Source: Gemmatimonas sp.
GTDB taxonomy: Bacteria > Gemmatimonadota > Gemmatimonadetes > Gemmatimonadales > Gemmatimonadaceae
Reading direction: 5' to 3'
Assembly: GCA_965279375.1 (NCBI GenBank)
Contig: OZ257156.1
Span: 1,280,001 to 1,344,000 of the forward strand
DNA length: 64,000 bases
Shown piece by piece: positions 38,923-48,438 of this stretch. The translations under genes and the position numbers were made by a program. The notes beneath the pieces are model-generated. The model made no database searches, was not told where the DNA came from, and saw only the letters and a program-made list of their open reading frames with translations. Within the stretch, counting starts at the first letter, position 1. Each line of letters begins with the position of its first letter.

Positions 38923-39027
38923 CAGTGCGTTGCTGCTGGCAGGGCCTTCAAGGATTGCGGCCTTGTTCGCTGCGCTCACTGGCCGCAACCTATTGAAGGG
39001 CCCTGCAGCAGAACGCGAGCGTTAGGC
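38917..39027 (+). repeat. attC family A
   Basis: TCCTAAC...GTTAGGC. Confidence 0.92.
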
Positions 39028-39075
39028 GCCTCGCTGCATTGAATCCACACACCACTTACTCTTGAACTAGCGCAA

Positions 39076-41169
39076 ATGAAGATTGACTCGCTCCGCATCG
39101 CAAACTTTCGAGGCATCGGAGACGTGACCCTCGAGTCGCTTGGCACAATGGTGATCATCGCCGGGCCAAACGGGTCCGGAAAGTCTTGCATCTTCGATGC
39201 AGTTCGCCTGCTGAAGTCGATCTACGGCGGCTATCAGGCCAATGAGTGGCAGCAATGGATGGGAGAGTTCCATGTCAACCTCGCGAGCCGCGCGACGGAC
39301 TATTTCCCGATCTTCAACGACCGGACGAAGGAGCTCCGCATCTCTTGTGGCTTCAGATTGGCGGAAGACGAACGCCGCTATATCTCAGCGAACGCGGACG
39401 AGCTCTTACGCGAACACATCTGGCGTACGCTCATGCCGGAGGCCTACGCATGGGGTGGTCTACGCCTTCCGATGTTCGCGACGCAGTTCCGGGAACGCGA
39501 GCCCGAAGTCGGAGAGCGCGTCTCCGTCGAGCGGCCGCTCCTCGCTGAGGAGCTGAGTCGTCCGACGATTCAAGGTGAAATCGTCATTCGACCAGGCGAT
39601 GTCCCCGAGGTGCGGAAATCGGTTGCGCTCTCGGTCGCATTCAGCACGTTCAGACCGCAGCAGCTTGGCGTGATTGACTACCACGGAGCACAGCGACACT
39701 ACGGTCGCGAGAACGTGCAGGGAATCAATCTTAGTCTCGATGCGAGCCAGCAGAATCAGAGCCAACACGCCTTGTACAACTACGCCAACAAGTACAACAA
39801 TGTGAAAAGCGAGATGGCGGCTTCGTACGTGAAGGAGATTCTGGCCGAACAGGCAGGCCTTCCCAAGGCATCTCAATCGACTCTAACGAATACCCTGAAG
39901 GAACTCTTCGAGACATTCTTCCCGGAGAAGACATTCTCTGGTCCCGTGCCTACGACGGACGGCACTCTGACCTTTCCGGTCCGTACAGCAAGCGGCGGGC
40001 AGCACGACCTAGATGATCTTAGTTCCGGTGAGAAGGAGATTCTCTACGGCTACCTCCGCATCCGGAATTCGGCTCCGCGGTATTCAATCATCTTGGTCGA
40101 TGAGCCCGAGCTACACCTTAATCCAAAACTCATTCGAGGCCTTCCGCAGTTCTATCGTCGGAATCTCGCGGAGTCACTAGAGAACCAGATTTGGCTCGTT
40201 ACTCACTCGGACGCCTTGTTGCGAGAAGTTGTGGGCCGAGACTCCTACAATGTTTTTCATATGCTTCCGCAAACACAGGTCAGGGACGGCGGCAGTCAGC
40301 TTCGCGCTTTATCCGTCACCGCCGATCTGGACTTGGCGTTGGCCGATTTGGTTGGAGATCTCGCGACGTTTCGACCGGGCGGAAAGGTGGTAATTGTCGA
40401 GGGGGGCGGAGATTCGGATTTTGATCTTCGGGCCGTATCGCGTCTGGTGCCGGAGATGGCTGAGCAAGTGAATTTGCTCTCGGGTACGAACAAAACTCGC
40501 GTTCGGAGTCTACTGGAGCTTCTCACGCGCGCCGAACATGCTGGAATTGTCCCGTTCAAGTGTTTCTCAATTACAGACCGCGACTCAGACTCGGCCGTAG
40601 TTGCGCCGAATGCTGCGAATGCGCTTTCGTGGGATGTCTACCATATCGAGAACTACTTCCTTGAGCCCAAGTACATCTCACGCGTCCTGTCTGCGCTCCA
40701 CCTCGGAGGGAATTGGACTGACGAGCAGATCTGGGATGAGCTTCGCGAGTGCGCAACGTTGACCATTCCTTCCTTAGTGCGACACGAACTCTCCTTTTTT
40801 GCGAATGGGCTGCTTATCAATGCTCTCGAAGTCAAGTCGGACCCTAAACAGGAGCTGCAGGCATCGGCGATTAGGTCGTCGGTCGAGAACGCGCTGAGGC
40901 GCATCACAGCAATTGAAAGCACTCAACTGTCCGACTCAGAATTGACGCGCAGGGAGCAGGAGATTCGCGCCCGATTGACAGCGAGTATCGCAGACGGTTC
41001 TTGGACGAGCTCATTCCGCGGCCGAGATGTGCTCAAACGCTTTGTCGCGCGCTCAAAGACGACGGTTTCATATGAGGTTTTCCGCAACTTGATTCTCTCT
41101 CATATGGCCGACGATGGATACTGTCCTCCCGGACTACGGGCTGTAGTGCAGACGGTTCTTGATGGGTGA
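39076..41169 (+). CDS. ABC/AAA ATPase + TOPRIM (OLD-like) protein
   Basis: NFRGI, GPNGSGKS, LSSGEK, LVDEPELHL, VTHS; IVEG..D, DRD, IENY. Confidence 0.9.
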   Translation: MKIDSLRIANFRGIGDVTLESLGTMVIIAGPNGSGKSCIFDAVRLLKSIYGGYQANEWQQWMGEFHVNLASRATDYFPIFNDRTKELRISCGFRLAEDERRYISANADELLREHIWRTLMPEAYAWGGLRLPMFATQFREREPEVGERVSVERPLLAEELSRPTIQGEIVIRPGDVPEVRKSVALSVAFSTFRPQQLGVIDYHGAQRHYGRENVQGINLSLDASQQNQSQHALYNYANKYNNVKSEMAASYVKEILAEQAGLPKASQSTLTNTLKELFETFFPEKTFSGPVPTTDGTLTFPVRTASGGQHDLDDLSSGEKEILYGYLRIRNSAPRYSIILVDEPELHLNPKLIRGLPQFYRRNLAESLENQIWLVTHSDALLREVVGRDSYNVFHMLPQTQVRDGGSQLRALSVTADLDLALADLVGDLATFRPGGKVVIVEGGGDSDFDLRAVSRLVPEMAEQVNLLSGTNKTRVRSLLELLTRAEHAGIVPFKCFSITDRDSDSAVVAPNAANALSWDVYHIENYFLEPKYISRVLSALHLGGNWTDEQIWDELRECATLTIPSLVRHELSFFANGLLINALEVKSDPKQELQASAIRSSVENALRRITAIESTQLSDSELTRREQEIRARLTASIADGSWTSSFRGRDVLKRFVARSKTTVSYEVFRNLILSHMADDGYCPPGLRAVVQTVLDG

Positions 41170-41290
41170 CTTGCTTGCACAGGCATCGACGTCGCCACAT
41201 CGAGAACTACTCGCCTCCACCACTTAGCCCCGTCGCCTATTCGACGCCGTCGTCCGCGCCTGAGCGGTGCTGGGCATCGAGATGTAAGGC

Positions 41291-41400
41291 GCCTAACAGC
41301 GCGTTGCTGCAGTCGGCGGGTTCAAGGATGGCTCCCTGTTCGCTGCGCTCACTGGTCGCAACCTATTGAAAGCCGCCGCTGCAGAACGCAATCGTTAGAG
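41291..41400 (+). repeat. attC family A
   Basis: GCCTAAC...GTTAGAG. Confidence 0.92.
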
Positions 41401-41432
41401 AGCCCGCCGCCCCCATATCCAAACATCGGCTC

Positions 41433-42137
41433 GTGAATCTCGCGGTCTTCGATATCGACGGCACGCTGCTCAACAATTTGGCCGGCGAAGACGCGTGCTA
41501 CGCGCAGGCGTTACGCGAGCAGTTGGTGCTCGCCGACCTCGACACCGACTGGGCCAGGTACGAGCACGTGTCCGACGATGGCATCGCGACCGAGGCCTAT
41601 GCGCGGGCGTATGGATGCGCCCCGACCGCCGTGCTGCGGACCGCGACCATTGATCGCTTCGTGGCGCTCCTGCGCGCGGCGCATGTGTCGTCCACGCCGC
41701 TGGTGGCCCTGCGCGGTGCGCATGAGGTGCTCACAGCGCTCCCGACGCGTGGGTGGGCGGTCGCGATGGCGACCGGGGCGTGGCGCCGCGCCGCGGAGTA
41801 CAAGCTCGCGGCGGCGGGCCTGCCGGTCGCCGACGTGCCGCTGGCGACGTCGGAAGATGGTCCGGCCCGCGTCGCGATCGTTCGCAGTGCCATCGCGCGC
41901 GCGCAGGCCCAGTGGGGCGTCCCCGAGTTTGCCCGCGTGGTCGCGATCGGCGATGGGGTCTGGGACGTGCGGGCGGCACAGGCGCTTCACCTGCCATTTG
42001 CTGGGGTGGGCGTCGGGCCATCGGTCGATCGCTTGCGCGGTGCCGGGGCATCGCACATCATCGCGGACTATGCGGATCTTGCGGGCACGCTCCGAGTGTT
42101 CGACCAAGTGCAAGTTCCGCGCACGGCGGCTCTCTAA
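41433..42137 (+). CDS. HAD-superfamily hydrolase (copy 4, mosaic of copies 1 and 2)
   Basis: N-half variants match 682, C-half variants match 5359. Confidence 0.9.
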   Translation: MNLAVFDIDGTLLNNLAGEDACYAQALREQLVLADLDTDWARYEHVSDDGIATEAYARAYGCAPTAVLRTATIDRFVALLRAAHVSSTPLVALRGAHEVLTALPTRGWAVAMATGAWRRAAEYKLAAAGLPVADVPLATSEDGPARVAIVRSAIARAQAQWGVPEFARVVAIGDGVWDVRAAQALHLPFAGVGVGPSVDRLRGAGASHIIADYADLAGTLRVFDQVQVPRTAAL

Positions 42138-42241
42138 CCTGGCGTTGCGGCAGACAGGGCCTTCAAGGATTGCTCCCTGTTCGCTGCGCTCACTGGTCGC
42201 ATCCTATTGAAGGGCCCTGCTACCGAACGCTATCGTTAGAC
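42132..42241 (+). repeat. attC family A
   Basis: CTCTAAC...GTTAGAC. Confidence 0.92.
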
Positions 42242-42390
42242 GGCGAATGACGAACGGTGTGCCAACGTCAGATCTGGTGTGCGATTCCGCACCGCGCGGT
42301 ACCGCGCGCCGGCTATCCTTCACCCGATCGCGCGCGGTGGGCCTCCGGCCTATCGGCTGTCCGCGCGGGTTCAATGGACGGAGTCTTCCG

Positions 42391-42804
42391 ATGCAGCCAA
42401 TGCGATGCGCCCGATTCGTGGGTGTGAGTGCGACCCTCTTTCTCGCGGCCTGCGGCTGCAACGCCATGGGGTATCCGGCCATCGATGGCCTCGTGCAGGA
42501 CCGCGTGACGGGTCGGCCCGTCGCGATGGCGGGCGCCACGGTGCGCTACAGCAACGAATTGCAGGCCGCAGTCGAGCGGGTCGTCCCGGCGGCCGACACG
42601 GGGAATCGGCTGTGGCTTTGTTGCACGCCCGGCCGCTGGCGCGTGCAGATCGACCAAGCGGGCTACGTCCCCTTCGATACGTCGCTCCGCGTGCGCGCGG
42701 AGGGGCGCTGCGACCGGCCCGTCTTGGTTCGCCTGATTGCCCGCTTGCAGCCGCGGCCGGTCGCCGCGTCGCGTCGCGCGCCCGTGGGTCGGACGACGGG
42801 CTAG
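42391..42804 (+). CDS. Lipoprotein, carboxypeptidase-regulatory-like fold
   Basis: LAAC lipobox; V.D..TG.P...A.V...G.W.V.I...GY. Confidence 0.72.
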   Translation: MQPMRCARFVGVSATLFLAACGCNAMGYPAIDGLVQDRVTGRPVAMAGATVRYSNELQAAVERVVPAADTGNRLWLCCTPGRWRVQIDQAGYVPFDTSLRVRAEGRCDRPVLVRLIARLQPRPVAASRRAPVGRTTG

Positions 42805-42987
42805 GTCGCGGTCACGGCGCGTGTCGGTGCGCGATGTCGGTGGTGTGCCCGGGGGCTGGCGAACCGCGTCCAAGCGCGCGCGTCGCGCCGGATTGCCGCA
42901 CATTTCCCGGCGTGATGGGTAGCAGCGCCGGCGCCCGCCGAGGGGTGGCGCGCACGAACTCGACCAGGCGCGATCGCGCCGGAGCCA

Positions 42988-43365
42988 ATGCCAATGTCCC
43001 AGGTGCTGTCGCCCATAGCCGCGCCGCGGAGTCCGGCCGAAGCAACGCTCTTCGCGCGGGAGCACGACGCGTTGGAGCGTCTCTACATTCTCCGTGGACA
43101 GCTCGACTTTCTCCGCGCGCGCCAGAACATGTCGGCGTCGCCAAGCAACGAGGCGGCGTATCCGGGGGCACTCTCCCGTCTTGAGCGCTCGTATGGAACG
43201 GCGGTGCGGGAGTACGAAGCGGTGCATGCGGCGCGGCTGACGTCGGCGTCCGTCGCGGTCCCGTCAAGCCCGGTGATGGCGTGGGATCCGCTCGTCGGCC
43301 GCCTCCTCTTCCTCGGAATGACGACCGCGGTGCTGCTGCTGATCGTGGGGCGGCGGCGAATCTAG
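42988..43365 (+). CDS. Hypothetical protein with C-terminal TM
   Basis: GGAG RBS; hydrophobic tail followed by RRR. Confidence 0.6.
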   Translation: MPMSQVLSPIAAPRSPAEATLFAREHDALERLYILRGQLDFLRARQNMSASPSNEAAYPGALSRLERSYGTAVREYEAVHAARLTSASVAVPSSPVMAWDPLVGRLLFLGMTTAVLLLIVGRRRI

Positions 43366-43412
43366 CGCGGCGCATCGGCGCCTACCTCAGGATGGTCGGT
43401 GCGGGATTCGCC

Positions 43413-43525
43413 GTCTAACAGTGCGTTGCTGTTGACAACGGCTTCAAGGATTGCGGCCCATTGCTCGCTGCGCTCGCTGGCCGCAACCTATTGAAAGCCG
43501 TTGCAACAGAACGCGAACGTTAGAC
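43413..43525 (+). repeat. attC family A
   Basis: GTCTAAC...GTTAGAC. Confidence 0.92.
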
Positions 43526-43549
43526 CGCGGTACATGAGGTTGTGTTCGA

Positions 43550-46150
43550 TCAGCTTGAGCGAACGGACCGATACGAAATCGTTCGCTTGCGCCGCAACCA
43601 AGGAGCACTTTCCCATAATTCGGTGCTTTCGCCGCGCGCCTCTGCCGCCAGTTCAACAATAGTTCGAAGAAGTGTCGCTTCCTCGTAGTCGACAATTCGA
43701 CTGTTCGCCCCGAAGTGCTCCCTCAAACCGCATTCAAAGGTCTCGTCGTCGTCTCGATAGCTGCCGACGTCAGGCTGACCCGCACTCGATATCGGGACAA
43801 GCAATGCTTCTCGCGACGAATCGGGATACCGACTTCGGGAAATGCCCGGTATCGTCCATGGCCCTGCTCTTTCGCCATACGCCAGGACGAGCTCACTAGA
43901 AGATTCGACAACAGCCTTGAACTCGGCGGCACTAACAAGTCTGCTCGCCCCAGGACGAGTGACAATTGTAATCCACTCTAAACTGGTCTCTTTTAGTACA
44001 TCGCATCCATAGTGCCCGGCAACCTCACTGAGGAATGCGTACCGACTGGAAATGAAGTCAGACTCTCCGATACGATCGACTGCTCGAACTATGAATGGCT
44101 TCAAGTCCTGGAGGATCCGGCCTCTAAACGCCTCCGAATCCCATTCAAGCGGAGTGGATCTTGAGGCGTCAAGATCTACGTCTCCGATATTGATCACTCC
44201 GAACAAACCGGAAGTCGGAAGCGTCTTGATCGCGAAGCCTTTGGAGCAGAGGACGAGGCCGCTACGCTCAGGAACAGCCACGACGCGCATGTCTGGAGTG
44301 ACAAGCTCGGGTTGAGAACCAGGCCACCTATCTGCCGGAAGGCCCTCGTCATCGCGTGTCCGCGCTATCCGGGCGGACGATCGCACTGTCGCGTCCTTCG
44401 ATTCGCGAATGCGACGTGCGGAAGTCGTCGCTACCGTCGCACGGCTAGCCACAAACGTTGCCAAATCAGCTTGGGAAACGGTTTGCCACCAATTCGGCTC
44501 AATCACCGAATCTTCGCCTAGCTCAGATACTTTGATCGGAATCGGTAGCATAGGCGCTCTCGCCCGAACAATGCGAGCCAATGACTCGAAATCGCCAACG
44601 CGATCCTTGGCGAGAATCACTGACACAGATGTTCCCGTACGTAAGCCGGGTGCACCCTTCGATAACGCTCCTCGGCGTCCAACACCGTGGAGCACGAGCG
44701 TCAATCCGGGCCCACTGACTCGCTGACTCCGGACTTCGACATCTTCACCAAGCATGAAGACTGACAAGAATCCGATTCCGAATCGACCTACTGGAGAGAA
44801 GGTCGATTCAGCTAGGCGCGGAAAATCTGAGAAAAGGTCCGCTGATTTCCAGTAATTCGAAGCTATACCAAGCAGATAGCTAGAGATCACCTTCTCGCTC
44901 ATTCCCACACCGTTGTCCGAGACGGAAAGCGTAGCCCGTTCGTCACTCGCGTCGAGGGATACCGTGATCTCTCCCACGGTTGGAGTCGCGCCATCCAGTG
45001 ATTCGCGAGCGGTGCGGAGGAAAATCGCGTCACGAGCGTTTTGAAGGAGCTCACGAATCGGTGCGAACTGATCATTTCGATAAAGTGTGCGTCCGCCTAA
45101 AAGATCGACGAGCCGCTCTACAGAGTCTGAGCGAAATCGAACATCCACGGGAGCGAAGCCACTGGGAGCTACGAGCGCCGCAAAAGCCTGCGGGCTGCGA
45201 ATTGACTTCACTCCTTCTAGTGAAAATCGACCAATCGATGCCGTCCGCCCACGAAGATAGTCTCCGACTGCAGCGATCTCCTTATCCAAGCCGCTGCACA
45301 TCTCGTAGTAGATCCACCAGGCGTCAACATCGTCGATCGGTTGAAGCGAGGCGTATACAAGCAGTGATCCTTCACGATGCGGACCAACAATCCGCTCCTG
45401 AGCGAGCCAGTGCTTCACACTGTCCTCGCCGACGCTGCTTCGGAGAGCACGCTCAAGGCTCGGCGCGCGCTCGCAGTTGATGTGAGCGAAATCGACAACT
45501 CGAAGGAGGCTGGCCAGATATCCCAAATCGATGGTAGATCCGAGAGGCGACGGAATTGCTCCGCGCCGGCCGATCTCGTCGTCTAGTCGACGCAGTGACC
45601 AGTGATGGCTGGCGGCAACCGTGCCGATCATGTAGGCCCATCTATCGCGGACGGCCATTGTCTCGATCAGAAAGCGGTCAAGTCCAGGAAGTGCTTCAGT
45701 TGCTAGGGCCAATGCGTTCGACGCGTGCAACTCCCTTGCACTTACTCGCAAAGCGGTGCGTTTCGCTTCCGCCGGAGAGCAGCCATCAACACTTTCGAGT
45801 CGCGATGCGGTTGTACGAAATGTCTCCGTTGCCTCGAGCTTTGCACGTCCATCGGCAGTTGCCGCGAGCGCCATACCAAGATCATGAACATAGAAGCTTG
45901 CCCCCAATACAAACGCTTCTCCTGCATTCAGCTGCGAAGACTCATCTGGAGTAAGGACTTGATCCAGTACGGTCCACAACGCGTCCATGTGCGTGACCGA
46001 GTGATCCGTGAAGTCCGGTATCAACTCTTGCACTTTGGCGCTAATGGCCGCAGCAACGGTACGAATGCCCGTCAGGGCCTGCGCAAGCTCAGGATCGGTC
46101 TCGAGGATGCTCCACAAGCGTGACTTTGTGACAACCGGAGGAACTGGCAT
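43550..46150 (-). CDS. HD-domain + HSP90-like GHKL ATPase fusion (inverted)
   Basis: FTDH...H, HDLGM, SHH, LLR..D; IRELLQNARDA, DNGVGM, GRFGIGFLS, GT. Confidence 0.9.
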   Translation of the reverse strand: MPVPPVVTKSRLWSILETDPELAQALTGIRTVAAAISAKVQELIPDFTDHSVTHMDALWTVLDQVLTPDESSQLNAGEAFVLGASFYVHDLGMALAATADGRAKLEATETFRTTASRLESVDGCSPAEAKRTALRVSARELHASNALALATEALPGLDRFLIETMAVRDRWAYMIGTVAASHHWSLRRLDDEIGRRGAIPSPLGSTIDLGYLASLLRVVDFAHINCERAPSLERALRSSVGEDSVKHWLAQERIVGPHREGSLLVYASLQPIDDVDAWWIYYEMCSGLDKEIAAVGDYLRGRTASIGRFSLEGVKSIRSPQAFAALVAPSGFAPVDVRFRSDSVERLVDLLGGRTLYRNDQFAPIRELLQNARDAIFLRTARESLDGATPTVGEITVSLDASDERATLSVSDNGVGMSEKVISSYLLGIASNYWKSADLFSDFPRLAESTFSPVGRFGIGFLSVFMLGEDVEVRSQRVSGPGLTLVLHGVGRRGALSKGAPGLRTGTSVSVILAKDRVGDFESLARIVRARAPMLPIPIKVSELGEDSVIEPNWWQTVSQADLATFVASRATVATTSARRIRESKDATVRSSARIARTRDDEGLPADRWPGSQPELVTPDMRVVAVPERSGLVLCSKGFAIKTLPTSGLFGVINIGDVDLDASRSTPLEWDSEAFRGRILQDLKPFIVRAVDRIGESDFISSRYAFLSEVAGHYGCDVLKETSLEWITIVTRPGASRLVSAAEFKAVVESSSELVLAYGERAGPWTIPGISRSRYPDSSREALLVPISSAGQPDVGSYRDDDETFECGLREHFGANSRIVDYEEATLLRTIVELAAEARGESTELWESAPWLRRKRTISYRSVRSS

Positions 46151-46379
46151 AGATTGGCTGCGCAATGAGGTGGCTCAGGCGTGCTATTGGACAACGAATA
46201 GTGGAGCCAACTCTCAGAAGTGGCCAGTAGATTGACCGGTCGCCTTAGCGAAACACAGCGCTACCGCACAGGGTGGCTTGGATTCCCTACAGGATTACTC
46301 GTCTGGTGTTCGTCCCTTCGGAGATCTCAGTCTCGGGCCAGATGCGCATTCGGGGGGAGCCAGCACGTCGCCGCCCGCG

Positions 46380-46489
46380 GTCTAACCTTGCGTTGCTGCT
46401 GACAGGGCCTTCAAAGTAGCGGCCTTGCTCGCTGCGCTCGCTGGCCGCAACTTGTTGAAGGGCCCTGCAGCAGAACGCGAGCGTTAGGT
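46380..46489 (+). repeat. attC family A
   Basis: GTCTAAC...GTTAGGT. Confidence 0.92.
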
Positions 46490-46525
46490 GGCACTCAGAT
46501 CGTCAATTCAATCTGCGACGACTCC

Positions 46526-47902
46526 TCATCTCGCAATGTGCTGTCCGTCGTCGCTACCGCTCAGAAGCTCTCGGAGGTTTGATGCGGGCACAAATGCGTG
46601 AGCTTTCCCGATCTTGCGCTGACTAAGCAGGCCCTGCGCGACCAGCTTCATCAAGTCACTTCTCGCAGTTTCGTAGCTTACCCCGTGCGAGATCTTGTGT
46701 GATTCCACCGAGTATCGCGATAGAGGCTTCTTCAGTGCATGATTGATCAGCGCAAGCTGTCGCTGGTTGAGCTCTGCGTTCACAGCCGATGCTCGCCGTA
46801 CTATTTCCTCTGCTTCATGAATCTCCGCCGCCTTTCGCGCTAGGTACTCGTGCAAATCTCCTATCGCCCGGAGGAGTACCCGCATCTGGTAAAGTAAGAA
46901 GTACGTAGCATCATTTTCGTCGCTCTCCGTATACAGGTATGCCCTCGCGTACTGAGCACGTGCCTTTCGAAGAATGCGTGAGATCGACACGTACTCGCAG
47001 AGCCAGTATCCTTGCCGCGCCATTGACCAGTAGAAGAGCGCGCGGGCCGTTCGTCCGTTCCCATCAACGAACGGATGATCGTATGCAAGCCAAAAGTGCA
47101 GAAGGATTGCTCGTACGGCCGGCGGCACGAACTCGGTCGGCTCAGCTCCATTCGCGAACTCGCACATCTTCTGCATCCGCTCCTCGAGCTCATGCGCAGG
47201 AGGCGGCGTATGTAAGCGTGTTCCAGTTTCGTCCTCGACTACAATGTCTTCCTCGGCGCGCCTAAACCTTCCAGCCGCGTCCGGGTCATCCAATGCGCCG
47301 TCGGTTAGCTTCCTCTGAAGTTCCTTGACGATCTCAGGCGTGAGAGGGCTTCCGATGAACTGCCGCACGTACAGCATGCCCTGAAAGTTGTTCAGGATCA
47401 TTCGTTCGCTTCGATTTCGTGGTGCGCGACCCTCCTGAATCATTGCTTTGGCGACCTTTCTGGTCGTTGAAGCACCTTCGAGCTGACTTGAGGTAATCGC
47501 TTCCTCGACAATCGACTTGAACAGGTACGTATCTCGCGTTGCAGGGTTCGTGACCTGCTCACTACCCTGAATGTTCCCTCCCGCATTGCGGTCGATCTGA
47601 TGCAGCATTTCTAGTGCGGGATTCGGAAGCGCGTACTGGAACGGTCTACCCTGCACGTCCTTCAGCGGGAGTCGGCGATACAGTGCCCGCCTCGCCAGCT
47701 TTACTGCGATCCACTGTTCCTCGGCAGTGAACTGCTTTGATGGGGGCGCGTGCCTGAATGTGTCCCAGTGGCGGTATTTCCCGCCTGGCGCCGCTCCGAA
47801 CCCCTCTCGCATTAGATCGTCGAATCGGTCGGTTCCATGCGTGCCAGAGAGCAGGTCGCTCAGCAGCTTTCCGAACGTCGGCGGTGGAACGGGCAACTTC
47901 AT
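46526..47902 (-). CDS. Fic-family protein with C-terminal wHTH (inverted)
   Basis: HPFVDGNGRTAR; SSQLEG inhibitory helix; VSYETARSDL..L. Confidence 0.93.
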   Translation of the reverse strand: MKLPVPPPTFGKLLSDLLSGTHGTDRFDDLMREGFGAAPGGKYRHWDTFRHAPPSKQFTAEEQWIAVKLARRALYRRLPLKDVQGRPFQYALPNPALEMLHQIDRNAGGNIQGSEQVTNPATRDTYLFKSIVEEAITSSQLEGASTTRKVAKAMIQEGRAPRNRSERMILNNFQGMLYVRQFIGSPLTPEIVKELQRKLTDGALDDPDAAGRFRRAEEDIVVEDETGTRLHTPPPAHELEERMQKMCEFANGAEPTEFVPPAVRAILLHFWLAYDHPFVDGNGRTARALFYWSMARQGYWLCEYVSISRILRKARAQYARAYLYTESDENDATYFLLYQMRVLLRAIGDLHEYLARKAAEIHEAEEIVRRASAVNAELNQRQLALINHALKKPLSRYSVESHKISHGVSYETARSDLMKLVAQGLLSQRKIGKAHAFVPASNLRELLSGSDDGQHIAR

Positions 47903-47959
47903 TGTGGCAGGCCCTGAGGTAAGCGGACGGCAAACTACCAGTTGCTACTAATTGGTACG

Positions 47960-47988
47960 ATATTAGGAGTTGTTTAGGCCAGCCGCAA
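47960..47988 (-). promoter_or_regulatory. Putative fic promoter
   Basis: Minus strand TTGCGG-17-TAATAT in an AT-rich patch. Confidence 0.55.
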
Positions 47989-48271
47989 TGCCAAGTACTA
48001 AGTTTGGACAAACTAGTAGTAAACTTGGAGTGATCCGATGTAGAGTCAAGCTAAAGCATTTGCTCATAATGCTTTACGGATCTTTCGATGATTCGCGCTC
48101 TCGCCCTCCTTGCCCGAGATGTGACAGTACCCGCTCGCACAGAAACAGGAGTGGCAGGGAAGACCAGCCGAGAAGACACTCCGCCGCGAGAGAATCACGA
48201 CAGAATGCCGAAGCGAGCAGAACACAGGACGCGTAGGCGGAATCTGAGAAAGTTCGATACACCGCCGCGCC

Positions 48272-48382
48272 ACCTAACCTTGCGTTGCTGCTGACAGGGC
48301 CTTCCGGACTGCCGCCATTGCTCGCTCCGCTCGCTGGCGGCATCCTATGGAAGGGCCCTGCAGCAGAACGCGGTCGTTAGGT
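48272..48382 (+). repeat. attC family A
   Basis: ACCTAAC...GTTAGGT. Confidence 0.92.
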
Positions 48383-48438
48383 GGTGCGCAGGCATTGGTT
48401 GATTCTTGGTGTCTTCTACGTCTCTCACTGAGGCATTC

